A stretch of DNA of 64,000 nt, taken from the NCBI GenBank assembly GCA_963789055.1, contig CAWBJE010000002.1, forward strand, positions 304,563 through 368,562, in the 5' to 3' direction. This document shows, one piece after another, positions 57,634 through 64,000 of this stretch (positions are counted from its first letter, which is position 1; each line of letters opens with the position of its first letter). The position numbers were made by a program, and so were the translations under genes. The notes under the pieces are model-generated. The model was not told the origin of the DNA and searched no databases. It saw only the letters and a program-made list of their open reading frames with translations. Origin of the DNA: an uncultured Verrucomicrobiae bacterium. GTDB lineage: Bacteria; Verrucomicrobiota; Verrucomicrobiia; Limisphaerales; UBA11358.

Positions 57634-58599
57634 TTACATCACGGGCGGTGTTTTGCCCTGATTTACCATGTGGGCGATGAGGCGGTCATTCAATTCCTGG
57701 GCCGCGTTATGGCCGGACATCTTCAATTTGGTCTGAAAGGCGGCCACTTCAATAAGCCGCGCCAGGTCGCGTCCGGGCCGGACGGGAATAACGATATGCG
57801 GAATGTCGATGCCCAGAATTTTCACGAATTCCTGTTCCATGCCGATGCGGTCCACATCCGCGACTTCATTCCACGTCTCGAGCGTGATGACGAGGTCCAG
57901 GCGTTTTTGGTTGCGGATGCTCTTGATGCCGAACATAGCGGCGACGTTAATGATACCGATGCCGCGGATTTCCATGTGGTCGCGCGTCAATTCAGCGCAG
58001 GTGCCGACGACTTCGCGGCCATCTTCCATAATTACTCTGGTCACGTCGTCGGAAACCAGGCTGTAGCCACGTTCGATGAGCGCCAGCACCGCCTCGCTCT
58101 TGCCGATGCCGCTCTCCCCGCGAATCAGCACGCCCACGCCGAGGATGTCCACCATGCTGCCCATCTCGGACCCGCGCGGCGCGAACATGGACTCCAGCGC
58201 AAGCGTGGCGGCGTTGATGAATTTCATCGTAACCATCGGGCATTGAAAAACCGGCACGCCGGCCTTGTCGGCGCACGCCATGAACTCCCGGTCCGGGCGG
58301 AAACCGCGGCTGAAAATGATGCACGGAATTTTGTACCCGAAAAAGTGGGCATAACGTTTCGAACGTTCGGCGGCCGTGAGCGACCGCAAATAATACACCT
58401 CCGCGTTGCCGAAAACCTGCACGCGTTTATAGGCGAAGTAACGCGAAAAACCGCTCAGCACGAGGCCGGGACGGTTCACCGTCGCTTCGCGGATGATGCG
58501 CTTCAGGCCGCGTTCGCCCGAGAGCAGCCGCAATTGCAGTTCGGCGGCGTGTTCCTTGTAGAACTTTTCGACGGTGACAATTTGATGTGGCAGGCTCAC
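57634..58599 (-). CDS. hprK: HPr kinase/phosphorylase
   Basis: P-loop LIRGESGIGKSE, plus LVSDDV and MEIRGIGIINV. Confidence 0.9.
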   Translation of the reverse strand: MSLPHQIVTVEKFYKEHAAELQLRLLSGERGLKRIIREATVNRPGLVLSGFSRYFAYKRVQVFGNAEVYYLRSLTAAERSKRYAHFFGYKIPCIIFSRGFRPDREFMACADKAGVPVFQCPMVTMKFINAATLALESMFAPRGSEMGSMVDILGVGVLIRGESGIGKSEAVLALIERGYSLVSDDVTRVIMEDGREVVGTCAELTRDHMEIRGIGIINVAAMFGIKSIRNQKRLDLVITLETWNEVADVDRIGMEQEFVKILGIDIPHIVIPVRPGRDLARLIEVAAFQTKLKMSGHNAAQELNDRLIAHMVNQGKTPPVM

Positions 58600-59345
58600 A
58601 GATTAAATTCCGGTCCCAGATAAATTTCCCGGGCCTTCGGGTCGTTCGCCAGAAATTCGGACGAACCTTCCACGAGCACCTGGCCCTTGTGAATAATATA
58701 GCCGCGGTCGATCAACTTCAAGGTCTCCCGCACATTGTGGTCGGTCACCAGAATGCCCAGGCCGTGCTCCTTCAACCGGCGCACGATCTTCTGCACCTCG
58801 TAAACCGCAATCGGGTCAATGCCGCTGAACGGCTCGTCCAGCAGCATCAACTGCGGGCTGGTCACCAGCGCGCGGGTGATTTCCAGCCGCCGTTTTTCGC
58901 CGCCGCTGAGCGTGTACGCCTTGCTTTTGGCCAGCGGCGCCAGGCCCAGTTCGTCCAGCATGTACTTCAACCGCACGGCGCGTTCGTCCGGCGTCAGATT
59001 GCACATCTCGAGAATCGCCAGAATGTTTTGCTCCACCGTGAGCTTGCGGAACACGGATGGTTCCTGGGTCAGATAACCGATGCCCAGCCGCGCGCGCCGG
59101 TGCATGGGCAGGTTGGTGATGCTGCGGCCTTGAAACTTCACCGCGCCACCGTCCGGTTTCACCAGGCCGACGACCATGTTGAACGTCGTCGTCTTGCCCG
59201 CGCCATTCGGACCGAGCAAACCGACAATTTCGCCCGCGCTCACGGAAATGGACACCTCATTCACCACCCGGCGGCGGTGATACGCCTTGACCAGATTTTC
59301 TGTGGTCAGCAGCAGGCCGTTGGCGGATGGCGCGGTGGTTTCCAT
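58596..59345 (-). CDS. lptB: LPS export ABC transporter ATP-binding protein
   Basis: Walker [10 protein letters not shown], signature [11 protein letters not shown] and Walker B LMLLDEP. It lies downstream of lptA and lptC. Confidence 0.9.
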   Translation of the reverse strand: METTAPSANGLLLTTENLVKAYHRRRVVNEVSISVSAGEIVGLLGPNGAGKTTTFNMVVGLVKPDGGAVKFQGRSITNLPMHRRARLGIGYLTQEPSVFRKLTVEQNILAILEMCNLTPDERAVRLKYMLDELGLAPLAKSKAYTLSGGEKRRLEITRALVTSPQLMLLDEPFSGIDPIAVYEVQKIVRRLKEHGLGILVTDHNVRETLKLIDRGYIIHKGQVLVEGSSEFLANDPKAREIYLGPEFNL

Positions 59346-60008
59346 TCAGCGTGCGGGAAAATCGTTGTCCTGACCCGTTCCCGCAGGCGGATTGGTTGTC
59401 GGCGGCGGCGGGTTGGTTTTGGTTATGGCCGGCGAATTGGTGCCCGCGACCGGGCTGGTGAGGTTTTGCCGGAAAACCATGTGCGGGTTATCGAAATGGA
59501 TCTTGTTGCTGGCGCGGTCCCAGATGATGACATCGCCCGCCTGCGTGCCCTGCGCGTTTTCCATCACCGGATTGCCCGTAAGGGTGACTGTCTCGTTCGT
59601 CACGCCGTTTTGCACGTTGAAAACATAAACCGCCTTGTCACTGGTGGCGTGATTGGTCTGGCCCTTGTCGTCCTTGAAATCAATCACCACATTCGTCTCG
59701 GCCACGATGCGGCTGGGACGCCCGCCCGCCTGCGGCACGTCGGCAATGAGCAAACCGCAGGTGAGCTTTAGTTCCGGATCGTCCACCCGCACGTGCCCGC
59801 GATAAATCGCCCGGCGGCCGTTCAAATCGAAATCCGCACTTTGGTCGGAATCAATCCGCGTGGGCGGGCGCGGCGACGGTTGAGGCGCAGTCGGCAACGG
59901 CGCATTGGTGGTTGCCTCGGCGGCTGAACCTGGCGCTGCCGTGTTGGTCTGCGCGTGGACCATCCATCCGCATAATCCGGTCATAACGATGAAACTGAAA
60001 CATTTCAT
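59346..60008 (-). CDS. lptA: LptA/OstA-like periplasmic LPS transport protein
   Basis: A signal peptide is followed by the OstA-like beta-jellyroll pattern (RRAIYRGHVRVDDPELKLTCGLLIADV ... SDKAVYVF ... VTLTGNPVM). Its position is between lptC and lptB. Confidence 0.7.
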   Translation of the reverse strand: MKCFSFIVMTGLCGWMVHAQTNTAAPGSAAEATTNAPLPTAPQPSPRPPTRIDSDQSADFDLNGRRAIYRGHVRVDDPELKLTCGLLIADVPQAGGRPSRIVAETNVVIDFKDDKGQTNHATSDKAVYVFNVQNGVTNETVTLTGNPVMENAQGTQAGDVIIWDRASNKIHFDNPHMVFRQNLTSPVAGTNSPAITKTNPPPPTTNPPAGTGQDNDFPAR

Positions 60009-60517
60009 TTTCGGTTACTTAAATTGGCGCCATTTTCAACCACGGTGTGCACGTTGTTGGAAATGGTGAGGAAGGAATCGCTTTGCCGCCACAAAAAACC
60101 TTCACCCTCCACCCGGAATTTTCCATCGCCCGTGTGCACCTCCAAACGTCCCGCCGAATTCGCCACGCCCTTGAACGTGTCATAAATGCATTCCGGCGCC
60201 AGCACCACCCATTCCAGCTTTCCGTTCAGATCGTAGGTCTCAAGCTTGAGTTGTTTGACGATGAGCAGTCCACCCGGCTGGGGCAGCGCTTCGGCGCCGG
60301 ACAAGATGGATTTGACCTGTTTTTGATTCGGCGGCTCGTAGTACTCAGTGGAAGTGAAATTGGTTGCGTGCGGGACGCTGTTTTGCTGCGCGCCCCCGTT
60401 GGGCATGGCAAAAAATAAAACTGCCGCCGCCACCGGCAGCCAACAAACAAGCGACGGGCGATGGATGGCGAAAATCGCCGTGAATCGCCTGAATGTTTTT
60501 TTACTGTCGCTGCTCAC
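60005..60517 (-). CDS. lptC: LptC-like membrane-anchored protein
   Basis: N-terminal anchor and beta-rich body. The call rests mainly on position (between kdsC and lptA, with a 4-nt overlap with lptA). Confidence 0.55.
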   Translation of the reverse strand: MSSDSKKTFRRFTAIFAIHRPSLVCWLPVAAAVLFFAMPNGGAQQNSVPHATNFTSTEYYEPPNQKQVKSILSGAEALPQPGGLLIVKQLKLETYDLNGKLEWVVLAPECIYDTFKGVANSAGRLEVHTGDGKFRVEGEGFLWRQSDSFLTISNNVHTVVENGANLSNRK

Positions 60518-60527
60518 ACGTCACTTG

Positions 60528-61100
60528 TCATTCCTGGTAATGCGCCAGGATGGCATCCCATTTATCCTGCGCTTTCAAAAGCATTTCTGCAACCTCGCGC
60601 ACCGCGCCGCGCCCGCCCGGCGCGCGCGTGACATAATGCGCCGCCGCCTTCACCTCGGGCCGCGCGTCACCCGCCGCCACGGCGAACCCCGCGCGTTTCA
60701 ACGGCCCCAAATCCACCACGTCATCGCCAACGAAGCAAACTTGGCCCCAATTTAGTTTCAGGCGGCGCAAGAGTTTTTCCACCGCGGCGGTCTTACCGAT
60801 CCGGTCGCCCTGCTGGACGAGAAAATCAATGTGCAATTCCGCCGCCCGCATCTCGGTGACCACCGACGGCCGTGCCGAGACCCAGCCCACTTTGAAACCG
60901 TTCCGGCGCAAAAAAACCATGCCCAGCCCGTCCCGGATGTTGAACCGCTTGATTTCCCTTGCCGCGCGGGAGCTTTGCGAAGGCGGGCGCCCACCGCCGA
61001 TGAACACCGAGCCGTCGGTCAACACGCCGTCCACGTCGCACAGGAATAACTTGATGCGTTTCAGGCGGGTGCGCAATTGCGGTGAAATTTTCGCAGCCAT
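60528..61100 (-). CDS. kdsC: KDO 8-phosphate phosphatase (HAD-IIIA)
   Basis: FLCDVDGVLTDG ... VCFVGDDVVDL. An unusual insert (GGRPPSQSSRAAREIK) lies in the cap region. Confidence 0.8.
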   Translation of the reverse strand: MAAKISPQLRTRLKRIKLFLCDVDGVLTDGSVFIGGGRPPSQSSRAAREIKRFNIRDGLGMVFLRRNGFKVGWVSARPSVVTEMRAAELHIDFLVQQGDRIGKTAAVEKLLRRLKLNWGQVCFVGDDVVDLGPLKRAGFAVAAGDARPEVKAAAHYVTRAPGGRGAVREVAEMLLKAQDKWDAILAHYQE

Positions 61101-61117
61101 GAGAAATCAAAAGGGAA

Positions 61118-61215
61118 AAACATCGAACACTGAACATCGAACGCTGAACATCGAACGATTTTGCGTGGCGGAAATCGTTCGGCGTTCGATGTTGGACGTT
61201 CGATGTTCGACGTTC
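61118..61215. repeat. 98-nt hairpin built from six GAACNNN heptamers and six NNNGTTC heptamers, in the kdsA|kdsC spacer
   Basis: The left arm AAACATC GAACACT GAACATC GAACGCT GAACATC GAACGAT is at 61118-61159. The right arm ATCGTTC GGCGTTC GATGTTG GACGTTC GATGTTC GACGTTC is at 61174-61215 and overlaps the kdsA stop codon. Confidence 0.85.
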
Positions 61216-62032
61216 ATCTATTTACCGCATTAAAGATTTTCAACAGAGCCCGCAGCAACGCCGGCATTTCCGCCAGCGGAATCATGTTCGGCCCGTCGCT
61301 TAACGCCCGTTCAGGGTGTGGATGGGTTTCGACGAACAATCCGTTCGCGCCCGCGGCCAGCGCCGCGCGGGCCAGCACCGGCGCAAATTCGCGCTGGCCG
61401 CTGGATTTGTCGCCGCCGCCGCCGGGCAGTTGCACCGAGTGGGTCGCGTCGAACACCACCGGGAACCCGGATGATTTCATGATGGGAATCGAGCGCATGT
61501 CGGCCACGAGATTGTTGTAGCCGAACGTTGTGCCGCGCTCGGTGAGCAGGATTCTTTTCGCCCCGGCGCGCCGGGCTTTTTCGGCTGCCTGCGCCATTTC
61601 GGTCGGCGACAGGAACTGGCCTTTTTTCAGATTGATGATGCGGCCCGTGGTGGCGGCAGCTTCAATCAAATCCGTCTGGCGGCAGAGAAACGCGGGAATT
61701 TGCAGAATATCCACGACTTCACCCGCGATGACGGCCTGCATCTCGGTATGCACATCGGTCAGCACCGGCACGCCGAATTCGGCGCGGACCTTGCCCAGCA
61801 CGCGCAAACCTTCCTCGAGACCCGGCCCGCGAAAGGATTTGGCCGACGTGCGGTTGGCCTTGTCGAAACTGGCTTTGAAGATGAGGAAGACGCCGAGCTG
61901 GGCGCAGGTTTTCTTGAGTGCGCCGGCGACCTGCAGGCACAACTTTTCGCTTTCAATCACGCACGGTCCGGCAATCAAAAACAGCCGGCGGGGTGAATTA
62001 AGATTTTTCCAGATGGCGGCGTCGTTGAACAC
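61214..62032 (-). CDS. kdsA: 3-deoxy-8-phosphooctulonate (KDO-8-P) synthase
   Basis: [11 protein letters not shown]...[12 protein letters not shown]...VLTDVH...[14 protein letters not shown]...[12 protein letters not shown]. Confidence 0.93.
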   Translation of the reverse strand: MFNDAAIWKNLNSPRRLFLIAGPCVIESEKLCLQVAGALKKTCAQLGVFLIFKASFDKANRTSAKSFRGPGLEEGLRVLGKVRAEFGVPVLTDVHTEMQAVIAGEVVDILQIPAFLCRQTDLIEAAATTGRIINLKKGQFLSPTEMAQAAEKARRAGAKRILLTERGTTFGYNNLVADMRSIPIMKSSGFPVVFDATHSVQLPGGGGDKSSGQREFAPVLARAALAAGANGLFVETHPHPERALSDGPNMIPLAEMPALLRALLKIFNAVNR

Positions 62033-62173
62033 GCGGAAGTTTTAACAGCGAACCGGGGAAAAGTAAATGCGGCTATTGAACCTGATGGACACGGATTTAT
62101 TTTGGTGGGGCGAGCGCTTGTCGCGCCGTAGCCGGGCGAAGGCTGATCCCCGCGAGCCGAAAGTCTTTTGCAC

Positions 62174-62346
62174 CGTAGCGGCGAGTCGGCAGACCGCCGC
62201 TGACCGAACACAAAATGGCGGCGCTCTGTGGCGTAGTGGCTTTCGGGAGAAAGCCGCAAATTGAAAAATGACGTAGCGGCGAGTCGGCAGAAAGCCGTCG
62301 TTTGGAAAAAGAGAAATTTGCGGCGCTCTGCCGAGACGCCGCTACG
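62174..62346. repeat. Two tandem GC-rich REP-like units
   Basis: CGTAGCGGCGAGTCGGCAGA occurs at 62174-62193 and again at 62272-62291. Each copy is followed by an inverted partner (GGCGGCGCTCTGTGGCGTAG near 62217, and GCGGCGCTCTGCCGAGACGCCGCTACG at 62320-62346). Confidence 0.7.
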
Positions 62347-62351
62347 CCCGC

Positions 62352-63512
62352 TTAATAAACCAAGACCAGGACAGCAGCTTGCTGCGCCGATTTCACCACG
62401 TCCTCAAACTTCCGGTCAGCCGTGACAGGCGTTTTGAGCTTGGCAGAAACCGCCGGAACGGATTCGAGGAAGCTCAACAGAAAACTGCTCTTGACGGCGT
62501 AATTCACATTCTCCGGCAACGCCCCGCTCGCCGCCAGCGCCGCCGATGCATTCAGCTTGGCCGACACGATGCCGATGACGTTGCCATGTTCATCCACCAG
62601 CGCCCCGCCCGAATTGCCCGGCTGCACCGGCACGCTGATTTGAAAATAGCGCGGGTCATCCCCCGCGCCGGACAGCGACGCGATTTCCCCTTTGGCCAGC
62701 TTGGGCGAGAAACCTTGCATGCCGATATTGGGAAAACCGATGGTCGCCACCGTGCCGCCAAGATTCACCGTGCGACTGGCAATAATTGGCAGCGATGCAA
62801 ACCGCCCGACCGCCTTCAACAAAGCCAGATCATTGGCCGCATCCACCTGAACCACTTTGGCGTCAATCAAGCCCGCGCTCGTGAGCAAACGAACCTTCGT
62901 CGCATCCTTGACCACATGATAGTTTGAAATCAAATAACCATCGTCCGTGATGAAAAAGCCCGTGCCGCTGGCAAATGGATTTTCGGACATAGAATTGTCA
63001 GAATCCGATTCTTTGCGCGGTTTGAACTCACGAGCTAATTGTTGCGCCTCGGCAATTTGTTCTGGCGACATTTTTTGCTCAACCATTTCACGAGCAGTTT
63101 TTGCCGCCTTAAAACCTTGAGCGGATGAAAGGTTAAGCCACTTGTGGGCTTGCAGGTAGTCTTGACTTACTCCAACACCAAGAAAATAGAACATTCCAAG
63201 TGCGAATTGGGCTGTGGCCCGACCTTTTTCGGCAGCTCTACGATACCATTTTGAAGCTTCTGTCGCATCTTTAATAACGCCAGCCCCATTTGCGTAAAGA
63301 ATGCCAAGTTTATATTCAGATTCTGAATCTCCTTTTTGTGCTTTTGCTTTAATTTCTTCAATTGCTTCGGCGGTGACATTGTTGAAAAAATTAGTAATTG
63401 TTTCTTCAGTATCTGGTATCACACTAATTTTATTTGTTTGCGCAATAACGGTCTGACCGGCAGCCACACCCAGCATCAAAAGAATAATGCAAACCAAGAA
63501 AACCTGTTTCAT
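62352..63512 (-). CDS. Secreted Sel1-repeat protein fused to a trypsin-like (S1C/DegP-type) serine protease domain
   Basis: Signal peptide. Sel1 repeats (YKLGILYANGAGVIKDATEASKWYRRAAEKG, AQFALGMFYFLGVGVSQDYLQAHKWL). Protease blocks GTGFFITDDGYLISNYHVV, DLALLK and GNSGGALVDEHGNVIGI. Confidence 0.85.
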   Translation of the reverse strand: MKQVFLVCIILLMLGVAAGQTVIAQTNKISVIPDTEETITNFFNNVTAEAIEEIKAKAQKGDSESEYKLGILYANGAGVIKDATEASKWYRRAAEKGRATAQFALGMFYFLGVGVSQDYLQAHKWLNLSSAQGFKAAKTAREMVEQKMSPEQIAEAQQLAREFKPRKESDSDNSMSENPFASGTGFFITDDGYLISNYHVVKDATKVRLLTSAGLIDAKVVQVDAANDLALLKAVGRFASLPIIASRTVNLGGTVATIGFPNIGMQGFSPKLAKGEIASLSGAGDDPRYFQISVPVQPGNSGGALVDEHGNVIGIVSAKLNASAALAASGALPENVNYAVKSSFLLSFLESVPAVSAKLKTPVTADRKFEDVVKSAQQAAVLVLVY

Positions 63513-63521
63513 AACGGCAGA

Positions 63522-64000
63522 TTACTTGGTTTCAATCGGCTGGCAAGTTGTCGCTGGCTCAAGCTCTTGAAGAAATTTATCCAGCCCATCTTCCTTTTCC
63601 GAAAAAACCTTTGCCATATGAAATGATGCACCTCCATCGCGTATTCGTTTTCGCGCGTGTTCGACTTGAGTTGCCCAATGGCCATCCAGCAGCACATACT
63701 CGCAATAGGCAACGGCCACAATAGCATGAGAAACATCCATTGCGTGATTTCTGCGATTTTTACCAATCTGGAGCCCTCTGTCCTTAATGAATGAGCCTAG
63801 CAGTTCGCGAGCGATGAAGCGCGTTCCAAATTTGTTCGTGGCACCCTTTGGAATCCGATTGACTGCCGAATAGAATTCAGGATTGTTGCAATAATCCTGC
63901 CAACGAGACTCGATCCAATTGATGATCAAATCTGCAATATCATCAAATGTAACTCCCGTTGATGCGGCGAGAGCAAAAAGTTTTGGTGATCGCAAAGGGT
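63522..64000 (-). CDS. Hypothetical protein; its 5' end probably lies beyond the window edge
   Basis: The frame is open to the last bases of the window (the track starts it at a TTG at 63995). The stop is 10 nt upstream of the protease start. No motif recognised, and the region is AT-richer. Confidence 0.45.
   Translation of the reverse strand, partial: PLRSPKLFALAASTGVTFDDIADLIINWIESRWQDYCNNPEFYSAVNRIPKGATNKFGTRFIARELLGSFIKDRGLQIGKNRRNHAMDVSHAIVAVAYCEYVLLDGHWATQVEHARKRIRDGGASFHMAKVFSEKEDGLDKFLQELEPATTCQPIETK

Noticed and set aside
58596-58599. rpoN expected between lptB and the PTS-related genes
   Set aside because: I looked for it because of the proteobacterial paradigm. The lptB stop overlaps the hprK start, so there is no room for it, and no sigma54-like ORF exists in the window.
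57670-59771. 317-aa and 394-aa plus-strand ORFs
   Set aside because: They are antisense to hprK, lptB and lptA, all of which carry diagnostic Walker or signature motifs.

Overview
This is a 64-kb chromosomal window, moderately GC-rich by eye with a few AT-rich islets, and genes are densely packed on both strands.

**Gene content**
- Housekeeping operons: accB-accC with aroQ, hypF-hypC-hypD-hypE, gatC-gatA, kdsA-kdsC-lptC-lptA-lptB-hprK-ptsH, plus argG, rpmB, smpB, rpoZ, trxA and holB.
- Envelope, secreted and carbohydrate functions: the OpgH C-terminus, an O-antigen-ligase-like protein, a GH105+MBG secreted protein, a beta-propeller+Ig+MBG secreted protein, a decayed PL10 pectate lyase, an esterase-like hydrolase, DUF4912 plus a GH57 branching enzyme, TetR plus an RND efflux pump, three prepilin-like proteins, a TIGR03435 protein and a CDF transporter.
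- There is one tRNA-Leu(CAA) with an rve-type IS next to it.
- I saw no rRNA, CRISPR array, prophage or recognisable defence system.
- The prepilin-like, MBG and TIGR03435 proteins and the repeat style suggest a PVC or Verrucomicrobia-like soil bacterium. This is inference only.

**Signals the gene list does not explain**
1. Short tandem hepta- and octanucleotide arrays, usually arranged as two complementary arms. They sit in intra-operon spacers (hypD|hypE, gatC|gatA, kdsA|kdsC, smpB|rpoZ, CDF|DUF1015) and also in frame inside hypF.
2. A palindrome family, RTCRCAAWTTGYGAY. One copy encodes the TSQFAMSK motif of an ORF6N protein, and three more are stacked in that gene's promoter.
3. A 37-nt motif present four times, each copy 55-155 bp upstream of a gene start. 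Two of the downstream genes are paralogous giant secreted proteins.
4. GC-rich REP-like palindromes punctuating the hyp operon and other spacers.
5. Six disrupted genes (holB, PL10 lyase, a prepilin-like gene, a TIGR03435 gene, rpoZ, the RND pump). Most of the indels cluster at 11.35-13.0 kb. Because essential genes are hit, sequence error is at least as likely as true decay.

All calls come from reading the translations and the DNA by eye. No searches were run.
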